Origin: a bacterium
GTDB taxonomy: Bacteria; Electryoneota; Electryoneia; Electryoneales; Electryoneaceae
Direction of reading: 5' to 3'
NCBI GenBank assembly: GCA_963675295.2
Contig: CAXXKJ010000002.1
Location: 2,432,001 to 2,496,000, forward strand
Length of the DNA stretch: 64,000 bases
Shown: positions 46,579-56,521 of the stretch, piece by piece
Layout: each line of letters starts with the position of its first letter
Numbering within the stretch: position 1 is the stretch's first letter
Notes under the pieces: generated by a model
Told to the model about the DNA's origin: nothing
The model's database searches: none
Seen by the model: only the letters and a program-made list of their open reading frames with translations
Made by a program: the position numbers and the translations under genes

Positions 46579-47310
46579 TCAGAATGGCCTGTGAAGGAGT
46601 TTCAGCACCTGTTCGATGCGCTTTTTGTTGAACGCCGGCTCGTGGCGCATGTTTATCACATAGCGTGCGTCGACGGAGGTCAGCCGCGCGAGTTCACGGT
46701 CCTCTTCATAGATGGCAAACTTGGCGATACCAATCAGTTGCGGCATCTTCATGCGTAGGGCACGGAGTTCATCCGAATCGAGGATGGCATTCACAATTGG
46801 AAATGATTCCACGTGCGAGAGGATTGACAGGTAGCCCTCTTCCTCGGTGTTGAGCGCGTTGATCAACGCTTCGAGGAAACGCTTTGGATCGCCGGTAACA
46901 TGCGCGCGCTGCAGACCCATCCGTTGCATGTAGGCAAGGATCTGGCGACCGCGCATCATGTTGATATCGTAAATGATAAAGTCTTTGAGCGGTCCGGCTG
47001 GCGCTTTCGGTTCGGCAGGCTTGGCCGTTGCGCCGGCACCCTTGCTTCCGGACGGCGCGGGAATGTCGGGATCATCCGGCAGATCCAACTCTTTTTCACG
47101 CCGGGCGATACGCGCTTTCAGTTCGCTGAGACTGCTGCCGTGGGATCGGGGAGGACGTCCGACCGGTCGACCACCCCCGCCGCCACTCGGCGTGCTTGCG
47201 GGAGCTGCGCCACCTCCGCCTCCACTCATCGCCTTCGATACGCGTTCCAGAACTTTCGGGTCGATTTGCTTCCTGAGTTCTTCCAGTTCGCGTTTTTTTG
47301 CTTCGTCCAT
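46579..47310 (-). CDS. Hypothetical protein (Gly/Pro-rich N-half, receiver-like C-half)
   Basis: 243-aa ORF with normal codon bias, co-oriented and 7 bp upstream of folC. Confidence 0.7.
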   Translation of the reverse strand: MDEAKKRELEELRKQIDPKVLERVSKAMSGGGGGAAPASTPSGGGGGRPVGRPPRSHGSSLSELKARIARREKELDLPDDPDIPAPSGSKGAGATAKPAEPKAPAGPLKDFIIYDINMMRGRQILAYMQRMGLQRAHVTGDPKRFLEALINALNTEEEGYLSILSHVESFPIVNAILDSDELRALRMKMPQLIGIAKFAIYEEDRELARLTSVDARYVINMRHEPAFNKKRIEQVLKLLHRPF

Positions 47311-47580
47311 GAAAATCCCGGGGTCTTGTAGTCCAGCCGAACGCAGCCGTCAGCAGGTGGATTAGCGATGAATGTTTTTTTTGCGAAACCTGTAACCTGC
47401 AAAATGTGAAATCTGAACGAATAAAACAACAGGAGTCAGGTACATTGTGGAAATCATCAGTACTCGTGAAACAGGCTGTGAAACATGCCCCGGACCTTTG
47501 TCTCCGGGCACACCGATGGGTTTTGCAGCGGTGCATGGTGACTGTACCTTGCGGGTTGGCCAGCATTACGGGGAATTCGA

Positions 47581-48354
47581 GTGCCCAAGCTCCACAAGAG
47601 TAACGCGTTGATTCTGAAACGCATCCGTCACGGCGATACCAGCTTGATTCTGCACGCGTTTACACGCGATCATGGACGGGTGCCGTTTATCGCCAAAGGC
47701 GCGCGTTCCGGCGGGAGACGGCCGCCGGTGCCGCTGGTGCCGGTGGTGGAGCTGGAATTCATCTGGGCAACGTCGACCCGGTCTGAATTGCAGCTGCTCC
47801 GTGAGTGGTCGCTGGTGGATGGATTCGGCCCGGTACACGCCGATTTTACCCGACTGGCGTGGGCGCAGGCGGGGATCGAGGTGCTGGGGCGGACGTTATC
47901 CGGTGAGGAGGAACACCGTGACCTGTTCGACCTGACGCTGACCTATCTGCACGCGTTGGGCGAAGCGACCACCCGCTACGAAAACCTGTTCATCCTCTTC
48001 CGGCTGTTTGCGTTGCGCGAACTGGGGTATGAGCTGAGTCTCGATGCGGATGGCGATTCTTCGCAGCCGCTGGTGTTTATCCCGGGGCAGGGGCTAGTCC
48101 CGGCAAGGCAGGTGGACTCGTCGCGGGATGTCGGGATGCGTGTCGCGCCGGGAAGCATCAAAAGCCTGGAAATGCTGCTCAAGCAGGGGTTTGACAATGC
48201 AACCCGCTTCAAGTTGACCCGGGACGCGCACGATGAAATCGACCGGCTGCTGAATGCGGCGTACCGGTATAGTTTCGACCGCTGGGGCAAGCTGGAAAGC
48301 CTGAAGTTGTTGACGCCGTACACGGAATCGCCGTCACAAAGTGAACACCGTTGA
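47581..48354 (+). CDS. recO: DNA repair protein RecO
   Basis: ALILKRIRHGDTSLILHAFTRDHGRV.FIAKGAR OB-fold; ELGY; C-terminal LESL; zinc-finger Cys absent. Confidence 0.9.
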   Translation: MPKLHKSNALILKRIRHGDTSLILHAFTRDHGRVPFIAKGARSGGRRPPVPLVPVVELEFIWATSTRSELQLLREWSLVDGFGPVHADFTRLAWAQAGIEVLGRTLSGEEEHRDLFDLTLTYLHALGEATTRYENLFILFRLFALRELGYELSLDADGDSSQPLVFIPGQGLVPARQVDSSRDVGMRVAPGSIKSLEMLLKQGFDNATRFKLTRDAHDEIDRLLNAAYRYSFDRWGKLESLKLLTPYTESPSQSEHR

Positions 48355-48378
48355 CAGTGCACAAAACGATCTGAACCG

Positions 48379-50196
48379 ATGACCTTTTTCCGCCGCTACC
48401 TGACGTATCTCAAGCCGCACAGCCTGCGCATCTTCGGGATGTTCCTCGCCGGGCTGGGGTTTGTCGCGCTCTCCGGTGTAGCCTACTGGATGGCGGCGGA
48501 TTTCGTGCAGGCGTTGTTCACAGGTCAGGCTCAGGTCCCGGCGCTACCCGACGAACCGCTCAGCTTCCTCAACCTGACCGACTACCTCGCCCATTACAGT
48601 GCGAACCTGGTGATGGCGGACAGTCCGTTGGATACGTTGAAGCGGGCGATTCTGTTTATCGTGATCGCGTTCGCGTTGAAGAATCTCGCGCTGTACCTGC
48701 AGCTGGTGCTGTCGGCCTCCGTGGAACAACGCATTGCGCGGCGCATGCGGGATGAATATGTCGAACACCTGCTGAACCAGGACCTCGCGTTTTTTCACCG
48801 CCGTCAGTCGGGCGATCTGATCTCGAGCGGCATTAACGATATCACCGTGCTCAACGCCGGCCTCGCGGAGAGTTTCGGCAAGTTGCTGCGCGATCCACTT
48901 ACCGCGATCCTGTTTCTCGTGTTGTTGCTGTCGATCTCGTGGCAACTGACGCTCGCGGCGGTGCTGATCGCGCCGATCACGGGGGTTGTCACCAACGCCA
49001 TGGGTGGCAGCCTGAAACGGAAGTCGAAGCGGACGCAGGAACGTGTCGGCGCGGTCACCGCACGGTTGAGTGAAGCGTTGTATGGCATCCGCATCGTGCA
49101 GGCGTACGGTGGCGAAGACAGCGAGATCCGCCGGTTCGAGCAGGCGACGAACGAGCATTTCCGGCAGGCAATCGGCAAGGAGCGGTTGCGGCGGATTGTG
49201 TCGCCGATGCGGGAGTTTGTCGGCGTGCTGGTGATTGCGGTGATCCTGCTGGTCGCGGGCGGACAAGTCCTCGGCGGGCAATGGCTGGTGGCGGATCAGT
49301 TCGTCCGCTTCCTCGTGTTACTGTTCGGTTTGCTCGCGCCGATTACCAGCCTCGGCGAGGTGCAGGCACGGCTCAAAGTCGCGGAAGGCGCGGCGGAGCG
49401 TGTGTTCGACCTGCTGGACGAACCGTATTCGATCCAGGATGTGGCAGGCGCGGAAAAAGCGTCGCGTCCCGACGCGCAGCCCGGTGTCGAGTGCAAGCAT
49501 GTCAGCCTCGCGTATTCGGATGACCGTGCGTTGGCGCTACGAGACGTGACGGTCACGATCCAGCCCGGCGAGCGGGTGATCCTCGCGGGACGGTCTGGTT
49601 CCGGCAAAAGCAGCTTTCTCAACCTGTTGCCACGTTTTTATGATCCCAGCGAGGGGACGATCCTGATAGGCGGCCGGGACACCAGCAGCCTGCCGATCGC
49701 GAAACTTCGCCGCCTGTTCGGGATTGTCACTCAGGAGATCGTGCTGTTTCAGGATACGGTGGCCGGAAACATCGCGTACGGTTCGCCGGAGGCGTCGCGG
49801 GATGCGATTGAACGCGCGGCGACGCTGGCGCACGCGGACGAGTTCATCCGTGACCTGCCGCAGGGCTACGACACTGACCTCGGTAACCTTGGCGAACGGT
49901 TGAGCGGCGGCCAACGGCAACGGATCGCGATTGCGCGGGCGTTGCTGCATGATCCACCGATCCTGCTGTTTGACGAAGCCACGTCGGCGCTGGACGGCGA
50001 CGTCGCGGGGGAGATCGAACGGACGCTGCGCGAGGTTTCGGTGGGAAAGACAGTACTGATGGCGACGCACCGGCTGGATGATCTCGACCCGGATGAGCGT
50101 GTGCTGTTGTTTGAACAGGGGCGGTTGATCGCGGACATGAAGCACGGCGAATTGCTGCGTTCAGATACCGACTATCACATCCTCGCGCGGCACTAG
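48379..50196 (+). CDS. ABC exporter, MsbA-like (TMD plus NBD)
   Basis: 6-TM domain, GRSGSGKSS, LPRFYDP, LSGGQRQRIAIARA, FDEATSALD. Confidence 0.88.
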   Translation: MTFFRRYLTYLKPHSLRIFGMFLAGLGFVALSGVAYWMAADFVQALFTGQAQVPALPDEPLSFLNLTDYLAHYSANLVMADSPLDTLKRAILFIVIAFALKNLALYLQLVLSASVEQRIARRMRDEYVEHLLNQDLAFFHRRQSGDLISSGINDITVLNAGLAESFGKLLRDPLTAILFLVLLLSISWQLTLAAVLIAPITGVVTNAMGGSLKRKSKRTQERVGAVTARLSEALYGIRIVQAYGGEDSEIRRFEQATNEHFRQAIGKERLRRIVSPMREFVGVLVIAVILLVAGGQVLGGQWLVADQFVRFLVLLFGLLAPITSLGEVQARLKVAEGAAERVFDLLDEPYSIQDVAGAEKASRPDAQPGVECKHVSLAYSDDRALALRDVTVTIQPGERVILAGRSGSGKSSFLNLLPRFYDPSEGTILIGGRDTSSLPIAKLRRLFGIVTQEIVLFQDTVAGNIAYGSPEASRDAIERAATLAHADEFIRDLPQGYDTDLGNLGERLSGGQRQRIAIARALLHDPPILLFDEATSALDGDVAGEIERTLREVSVGKTVLMATHRLDDLDPDERVLLFEQGRLIADMKHGELLRSDTDYHILARH

Positions 50197-50212
50197 GGTT
50201 ACAAGTTGAGAC

Positions 50213-50428
50213 AAAAAAGAACCGCTCGGAGGGTCCGGGCCGAACGGTTCAGGGGCGCCAAGGTGGCGCAAGACGGGATGTGGAGGGTATTCCCGTCGGG
50301 GTAGTAGGAGGCGGTGGGTCAGACCGCCTGTTGTGCTTTCAGTGATAGGACAGCTCAACGGCCCTGGAGGTTGCAGTCTCTGGGAGAAAAAAGAGAGCCC
50401 GGGAGCTGAAGACGACCAAACGAAAACG
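50213..50428 (-). ncRNA. Candidate multi-hairpin sRNA with CCUCC motifs
   Basis: Four consecutive hairpins ending in a minus-strand terminator with 6 T, although both flanking genes are on the plus strand; 5' end uncertain. Confidence 0.5.
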
Positions 50429-50454
50429 TAACTCAAGACTATTTGGAATGATCC

Positions 50455-51252
50455 ATGATTGATACACATGTCCATCTGACATGGAGAACCTTCGACGGAC
50501 AGGTCGAGGAGGTGGTGCATCGGGCGAAGGAAGCAGGCGTGCGTGCGATCATCGATCTCGGCACCGATGTCACCACCTCGAAGCAGTGCCGTGAGCACGC
50601 CCATCAGTTCGACAACGTCTGGTTCGGCGCGGGGATTCATCCGAACGACGCCGGCAGTGCACGATCCGGCGATCTTGATCTGGTGATGGCGTTATGCTCG
50701 GATGACCGCTGCGTCGCGGTCGCGGAGATTGGTCTCGATTTCTACCGCGATCACACTGAACCGGAGGTTCAGGAACGTTGGTTCGCGGAGCAGTTGCAAC
50801 TCGCGAAGGATCTCGACAAACCGGTGGTGATTCACGACCGGGAAGCGTCGAAGCGGCTGCTGGAGGTGCTGGACGATGTCGGGTACGACGGCATCGACGG
50901 CCCCGGCGGGGTGTTTCACTGTTACGCCGGTGACGAAGCGATGACGAAGCAAGTGCTGGATCGTGGCTTCCACATCTCGTTTACCGGGAACATCACGTAC
51001 AAGAAGTCGGATCGTCCCGAGATCGCGAAACTGATTCCGTTGGACCGGCTGATGATCGAGACGGACAGCCCGTTCATGGCACCGGTACCGCGTCGTGGCA
51101 AGACTAATGAACCGGGCTATGTCGGTTATGTCGCCGGTGCGTTGGCGAAGGCGCACGGCGTCAGCCTGGACAAGGTGATTTACGAGACGACACAGACGGC
51201 GGTGAAGTTGTTCCGTCTGCCGGAAACGTTGCTTGAGGGGCTGGAGGCGTGA
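50455..51252 (+). CDS. tatD: TatD family DNase
   Basis: MIDTHVHL, GIHP, EIGLDF, VIHDRE, VFHCY, IETDSPF. Confidence 0.95.
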   Translation: MIDTHVHLTWRTFDGQVEEVVHRAKEAGVRAIIDLGTDVTTSKQCREHAHQFDNVWFGAGIHPNDAGSARSGDLDLVMALCSDDRCVAVAEIGLDFYRDHTEPEVQERWFAEQLQLAKDLDKPVVIHDREASKRLLEVLDDVGYDGIDGPGGVFHCYAGDEAMTKQVLDRGFHISFTGNITYKKSDRPEIAKLIPLDRLMIETDSPFMAPVPRRGKTNEPGYVGYVAGALAKAHGVSLDKVIYETTQTAVKLFRLPETLLEGLEA

Positions 51253-52043
51253 GGAGCAAATCGCGCGGACGAGGACTGGAAGCACGGTCGAAGCGGGTGG
51301 ATGTTGCCCCGTATACGATGCTTGCGCAGTTCTACGACGAGGTCATGGACCACGTCAACTACCGCGCGTGGGCGTCCTACATCGACAAAATGGCGGTCAA
51401 GAAACACGGTCTCCGTCGTGGACGGGCAATCGACTTTGCCTGTGGAACCGGCACGTTGCTGACCTACCTCGCACGGTTGGGTTGGGACACGGTCGGCGTC
51501 GATGCCTCGTCTCCGATGGTCGAGGAGGCGAAAGCGATCAAGCCGCCGCGTGGGCGTGTCATGCAATGGGGCGTGTACTCGTTCCTGGAAACGCCGGATG
51601 TCGAACCGTGCGACCTCGGGATCTGTGTCTACGATTCATTGAACTACCTGCTGGACGAGGAGGAAGTCGCGACGTTTTTCCGCAACGCGCGCCAGGTGAT
51701 CCGTCCCGGCGGATTGCTGGTCGTTGACCTGAGCACCGAAATCAACAGCCGCATCCATTTCAATGGGTCGGCGATGGAGGAACACCTCAAGGGCGGATCG
51801 TACCGCAGAATCACCCGTTACGACGAAGAGGAACGCATCCAGCATAACGTGTTCAACATCTACCCGGACGGCGAGGACACGGTGTACGTCGAACATCATC
51901 AGCAGCGGATCTACATGATCCAGACGGTGTTGGATATCGCGAAAGAGAATGGATTTCAACCGAAGAACGTGTATCACGAACTGACGTTCAAACCGGGTGA
52001 CGAGACCAGCGACCGGATTCACATCGCGGCGGAGCCGGTATGA
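51249..52043 (+). CDS. Class I SAM-dependent methyltransferase
   Basis: IDFACGTG, GVDASSPM, DSLNY, RPGGLLVVD. Confidence 0.9.
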   Translation: MRSKSRGRGLEARSKRVDVAPYTMLAQFYDEVMDHVNYRAWASYIDKMAVKKHGLRRGRAIDFACGTGTLLTYLARLGWDTVGVDASSPMVEEAKAIKPPRGRVMQWGVYSFLETPDVEPCDLGICVYDSLNYLLDEEEVATFFRNARQVIRPGGLLVVDLSTEINSRIHFNGSAMEEHLKGGSYRRITRYDEEERIQHNVFNIYPDGEDTVYVEHHQQRIYMIQTVLDIAKENGFQPKNVYHELTFKPGDETSDRIHIAAEPV

Positions 52044-52699
52044 TCGAGCTGATGCGGGTGAGCAAAATATATGATCGCGGGCGCGGCGTCCGTGACGTCA
52101 GCTTCCGCATCAACAAGGGCGAATGGGTGCTGCTGGTTGGTGGATCCGGCGCGGGTAAGTCGACGATCCTGCGGATGATGTACGGCGCCCTGCGTCCCGA
52201 CAGCGGGGACGTGATCGTCGGCAGTCACCGTCTGTCACAAGTGAAGGACAAGGATCTACCCACTGTCCGCCGCCTGCTCGGTATCATCGACCAGGATCTG
52301 ACCCTGGTCGCGGATCGTAGTGTCTACCGCAATGTCTCCCTCGTTGGCGAAGTCCTCGGCTGGACGAAAAAACAGACCAAGGTGCAGGCGCTTCGTGTGC
52401 TGAACCGTGTTGGCCTGCACGCCCACCTCGACCAGTATCCGAAGAACCTCAGCCGTGGTGAGATGCGGCGGCTGGCTATTGCCCGAGCGCTGGTCGCGCA
52501 ACCGTTCGCGTTGATCGCGGACGAACCGTTGATCCATCTGGACCACGAGACCGCCACCTCGATTGTCGAACTGCTGGCGAAGATTCACGCACAGGGCACC
52601 TCGATTGTGCTCGCAACCCATCGCGCTGAACTGTTCGACGGCTACCCGGTGCGGAAGCTGTATGTCGAACAGGGTGAGTTGCGGGAGGAGACGCGATGA
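52040..52699 (+). CDS. ftsE: Cell division ATP-binding protein FtsE
   Basis: GGSGAGKST, LS.GE.RRLAIARA, IADEP, ATH; upstream of ftsX. Confidence 0.88.
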   Translation: MIELMRVSKIYDRGRGVRDVSFRINKGEWVLLVGGSGAGKSTILRMMYGALRPDSGDVIVGSHRLSQVKDKDLPTVRRLLGIIDQDLTLVADRSVYRNVSLVGEVLGWTKKQTKVQALRVLNRVGLHAHLDQYPKNLSRGEMRRLAIARALVAQPFALIADEPLIHLDHETATSIVELLAKIHAQGTSIVLATHRAELFDGYPVRKLYVEQGELREETR

Positions 52700-53538
52700 G
52701 CGGCGGATTCATCCTGCGGGAAGGGTGGGTGGCGTGGCGTCGCAGCGGCCTCGCCGGCAACCTGGCGATGATCGCGCTGGCGGTGGTGTCGGCGTTCATC
52801 ATGCTGTTCTCAGGATTCCAGCAGACGGTTGATATCGCACGGGACCGGTTGCTCGGTGGTTTCGAGATCGAGGCGTTTCTGCAGCCGGGCCGGGAACGCA
52901 ACCTGGACGAGGTGAGTACCCGGCTTGGGAATCGGGACGGTGTCCGTGAAGTCGAAACCATTACCCGGGAACAGGCGGCGGAATTGTTCGCTGAGCGGCA
53001 CGGAGAGGACTTGACCGGCCTGCTCGCCGAGAATCCTCTCCCGGCTTCGGTCATCCTACGGTATGATCCGGGTGCGATCTCGGCAGACCGGTTGGCGATG
53101 GAAGCCGATGAAATTATCGCCGATCCGGACATCGAGGACGTCGCATTTGAGGGTGAGCTGCTCGCCCGATTTGAACAGTTAAGCGGCCAGGTGCTGCTGA
53201 TTGCCGGGATCGCCGGCGCGGTGATCGTGCTGATCTCGGTGCTGTTGACCGTGCAGGCGGTGAAAGTCGCGGCGAAGACCGGCGAATCCTGGGCGCGGGC
53301 GGTGTTTCTCGTTGGCGGGACGCACGGCCAGGTGCGTGGCCCGTTGGCGGTCAGTGGCCTGTTGATGGGACTGTTCGGCGGCTTGATCGGAGTGTTGTTG
53401 ATCGGCGGGGCGCAGTGGTTTCTGGCGTCGTCTCCGTGGATTGCGACTCCGGCGCTCCGTGCAATTGTGTCTGCTCTGGTGCTTCCAGCGCTTGTGGGTT
53501 GGCTTGGGGCGGCCCGGCGAGTGCGTGCCGGTGGTTGA
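52696..53538 (+). CDS. ftsX: Cell division permease FtsX
   Basis: TM1, periplasmic domain with ITREQA and ENPLPAS, three C-terminal TMs with LVGGT. Confidence 0.85.
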   Translation: MSGGFILREGWVAWRRSGLAGNLAMIALAVVSAFIMLFSGFQQTVDIARDRLLGGFEIEAFLQPGRERNLDEVSTRLGNRDGVREVETITREQAAELFAERHGEDLTGLLAENPLPASVILRYDPGAISADRLAMEADEIIADPDIEDVAFEGELLARFEQLSGQVLLIAGIAGAVIVLISVLLTVQAVKVAAKTGESWARAVFLVGGTHGQVRGPLAVSGLLMGLFGGLIGVLLIGGAQWFLASSPWIATPALRAIVSALVLPALVGWLGAARRVRAGG

Positions 53539-53549
53539 ACCGTGCTCGC

Positions 53550-53579
53550 TTGACAGGGTTTCAGATCACCCGTTATACT
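53550..53579 (+). promoter_or_regulatory. sigma70-type promoter for hrcA-grpE-dnaJ
   Basis: TTGACA-N18-TATACT. Confidence 0.7.
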
Positions 53580-53622
53580 ACTAAGCTATCGCAGGATTGA
53601 ATTGAGTGGAGCATTTCGTACG

Positions 53623-54678
53623 ATGTCGCACGTGCCAGGACTGAACCGTGACCTGAACGAACGCGAGCGGGCTGTGTTTACAGCCTTGCTGCAGGAGTAT
53701 TTGTTCACGGCGCGCGCGGTGGGTTCTCGCACGTTGAGCAAGCGGCTGGCGATGGAGTTGTCGCCGGCGACGATCCGCAACGTGATGGCCGACCTCGAGG
53801 AGCTCGGACTGCTCAAGCAGCCGCACACCTCGGCGGGCCGTGTTCCGACCAACCTCGGCTACGGGCTTTATGTCGATGCGATGATGGAGCGGGTCGAGGT
53901 CGGGCATGATGAGCGTCAGACGATCATGCGCGCGCTGGAAGAGGTCGCGATCGGCGGGATCAATGACGTGCTTGACCGCACCAGCGATGCGTTGGCGCGA
54001 ACGAGTGCGTTGATCGCGGTGGTGTTGACGCCGCAGCTGGCTGAGGGCATCCTGCACCGGATCGACATGGTCCGGATCGCCTCGGGCCGCTTGATGGTGA
54101 TTCTGACCATTCGGAACGGCTTCGTGCGCAACATCTTGCTCAATATCGCATCCACGCTCGAGGACGCCGAGATTGACGGCGCTGTGCGCGTGCTGAACGA
54201 GCGCCTGGCCGGGTTGAAGCTGGGTGAGGTACGGACCAGCATCGCCCGCCGGATGGCCGGCGTCCAGCAGCAGGGACGCCCGTTGTTGAAGCTCGTGGTC
54301 GATTCAGCGGATCACATTTTCCGCGAGGATCGAGTCGGAGAGATTCATGTGGACGGCGCAAGCAACGTCTTCTACCAGCCCGATTTCGCGGATCTGGATC
54401 AGACGCGTGCGGTGATTGAGGTGCTGGAAGACCGTGACGTGATCCTGCACCTGCTGAACACGGGCCAGCATCAGACAGAACACGGTGTGCGCATCAGCAT
54501 TGGGGAAGAGACGGGTCAACAGGTGCTGGAAGGCTGCAGCGTTGTTGCGGCCAGCTACAGCATCGGCGACACCGAGGGCACGCTCGGCGTCATCGGCCCA
54601 ACCCGAATGAATTACGCGCACCTTTCATCCCTGGTGAAATTCGCCGCGGAAGCGGTTCAACTACGTGTCGAAACCTGA
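53623..54678 (+). CDS. hrcA: Heat-inducible transcription repressor HrcA
   Basis: VGSRTL, SPATIRNVMADLEELG, PHTSAGRVPT, GVIGPTRMNY. Confidence 0.97.
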   Translation: MSHVPGLNRDLNERERAVFTALLQEYLFTARAVGSRTLSKRLAMELSPATIRNVMADLEELGLLKQPHTSAGRVPTNLGYGLYVDAMMERVEVGHDERQTIMRALEEVAIGGINDVLDRTSDALARTSALIAVVLTPQLAEGILHRIDMVRIASGRLMVILTIRNGFVRNILLNIASTLEDAEIDGAVRVLNERLAGLKLGEVRTSIARRMAGVQQQGRPLLKLVVDSADHIFREDRVGEIHVDGASNVFYQPDFADLDQTRAVIEVLEDRDVILHLLNTGQHQTEHGVRISIGEETGQQVLEGCSVVAASYSIGDTEGTLGVIGPTRMNYAHLSSLVKFAAEAVQLRVET

Positions 54679-54688
54679 GATTTGACGT

Positions 54689-55282
54689 TTGGCAAAGATG
54701 AGCAAGAAAGACAAACAACAGGCTGAAGCGGCGGAAAACGCCGCGTCAACGGCTGAAGAGACGAAGCACATCAACATCACCGATGACGGTGCCACGATTG
54801 AGGAAAATGATCTCGACCGCCGCATCACCGAGCTGACGGAAGAAAACGACCGTCTCCGGGACCAGATGTTGCGTGCCCGTGCGGAATTCGAGAATTTCCG
54901 CCGCCGGAAGATCCGTGAGTTCGAAGAATTCAGCGCGTTGGCCAACGAGAGCCTGATCGAGGATCTGTTGCCGGTGCTGGATGACTTCGCGCTGCTGATT
55001 CACAATGCCGAGGACAAGAAGGACGTTGCCGGATTGCTGGAAGGTGCGAAGCTGATTCAGCAGAAATTCAGCGACACCTTGCGTAAGCGCGGGTTGGAAG
55101 AGGTTGAGGCGGAAGGTAAGCCGTTCGACCCGGAGTTGCACGAAGCGTTGCTGACAACGCCCAGTCCGGACGCCGAACCCGGAACCGTTTTGAATGTACA
55201 CCAGACCGGCTACAAACTCGGCAACAAGCTGATCCGCCCGAGCCGGGTGATCATCGCCGCTGCATCTGACCAGGAAGGCTGA
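54689..55282 (+). CDS. grpE: Nucleotide exchange factor GrpE
   Basis: [33 protein letters not shown]...IRPSRV. Confidence 0.96.
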   Translation: MAKMSKKDKQQAEAAENAASTAEETKHINITDDGATIEENDLDRRITELTEENDRLRDQMLRARAEFENFRRRKIREFEEFSALANESLIEDLLPVLDDFALLIHNAEDKKDVAGLLEGAKLIQQKFSDTLRKRGLEEVEAEGKPFDPELHEALLTTPSPDAEPGTVLNVHQTGYKLGNKLIRPSRVIIAAASDQEG

Positions 55283-55283
55283 A

Positions 55284-56438
55284 ATGGCCCAGCGAGATTA
55301 TTATGAAGTCCTCGGTGTAGAGCGCAGCGCGGGCGAAGCAGAGATCAAGAAGGCATACCGCAAATTGGCGATGCAGTACCATCCCGACCGGAACAAGGGG
55401 GATGCGGACGCGGAAGCCAAGTTCAAGGAAGTCGGCGAGGCGTACTCGGTTCTTTCCGATGCTGACAAGCGCGCCCGGTACGACCGTTTCGGGCACGCTG
55501 GCCTAGGCGGAGCAGCAGGCGGGCCTGGCGGATTCGGCGGTGGTGTCGACATCGACCCGTTCGAGATCTTCAGCAGCATTTTTGGTGGCATGGGCTTCGG
55601 CGACATCTTCGGCGGCGCGGGCGGTGGACAGCGTGGCCGTCGCACGATGAAGGGCCGTGACCTGCGCGTCGACCTCGCAGTGACCCTCGAGGAAGTCGCA
55701 GAAGGGGTGACCAAGAAGATCAAGGTCAACCGCTACGAGCGTTGTGTCGAATGCGGTGGCTCCGGCGCACGGGACCGTACCGCGACTGAGACCTGCCCGA
55801 CCTGTCGAGGTGCGGGTGAGGTTCGCCAGGTGACGCGGTCGTTGCTCGGCCAGATGGTCAATGTCAGCACCTGCCCAACGTGCAACGGACGCGGCGAGGT
55901 GGTGAAGGATCCGTGCCAGGTGTGTCACGGAGAAGGCCGCAACAAAAACGCGTCGACGATCGAGATCAATGTGCCCGCCGGTGTCGAGAAGGGCAATTAC
56001 ATGACCATGCGCGGCGAGGGACATGCCGGCCCGCATGGTGGTCCGTCAGGCGACCTGATCATCGTGTTTGACATCAAGAAGCATGATCAGTTCGAACGCC
56101 ACGGCGACGATCTGCTTTACGGCCTGCATATTTCGATCCCGCAGGCAGTGCTCGGTGGAGAGGTTGAGGTGCCGACGTTGAACGGGTCGGTCGAGGTGGA
56201 CATTCCCAGTGGCACGCAGGCGGGTAAGATCCTGCGACTGCGTGGTAAGGGGTTGCGACACCTGAACAGTTCCGGCAAGGGTGATTTGCTGGTGCAGGTG
56301 AACGTATACATCCCGACCAAGCTGAGTTCGGAAGAGCGCGAGGTGTTTGAGTCACTGAAGGATATGGACGGTGTGCAGCCTCCGAAGGATGGTGACCACA
56401 GCTTTTTCCAGAAAGTGAAGAACGCGTTCTTCAAGTAA
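55284..56438 (+). CDS. dnaJ: Chaperone DnaJ
   Basis: J domain with HPD, G/F region, four CxxCxGxG repeats. Confidence 0.98.
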   Translation: MAQRDYYEVLGVERSAGEAEIKKAYRKLAMQYHPDRNKGDADAEAKFKEVGEAYSVLSDADKRARYDRFGHAGLGGAAGGPGGFGGGVDIDPFEIFSSIFGGMGFGDIFGGAGGGQRGRRTMKGRDLRVDLAVTLEEVAEGVTKKIKVNRYERCVECGGSGARDRTATETCPTCRGAGEVRQVTRSLLGQMVNVSTCPTCNGRGEVVKDPCQVCHGEGRNKNASTIEINVPAGVEKGNYMTMRGEGHAGPHGGPSGDLIIVFDIKKHDQFERHGDDLLYGLHISIPQAVLGGEVEVPTLNGSVEVDIPSGTQAGKILRLRGKGLRHLNSSGKGDLLVQVNVYIPTKLSSEEREVFESLKDMDGVQPPKDGDHSFFQKVKNAFFK

Positions 56439-56449
56439 TCGAGTGAGTG

Positions 56450-56478
56450 ACGGCGTGTTGTCAGCAACACGCCGTTTT
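56450..56478 (+). terminator. Terminator after dnaJ
   Basis: ACGGCGTGTTG-TCAG-CAACACGCCGT followed by TTT. Confidence 0.8.
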
Positions 56479-56521
56479 GTTGACCTGTGCCATTCGCCAA
56501 GATCCAACGTGGGGATCAACG

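Noticed and set aside
47380-47485. Repeated (T/C)GTGAAA-like words in the divergent promoter region before recO
   Set aside because: Short, irregularly spaced and not clearly above chance in an AT-richer spacer.
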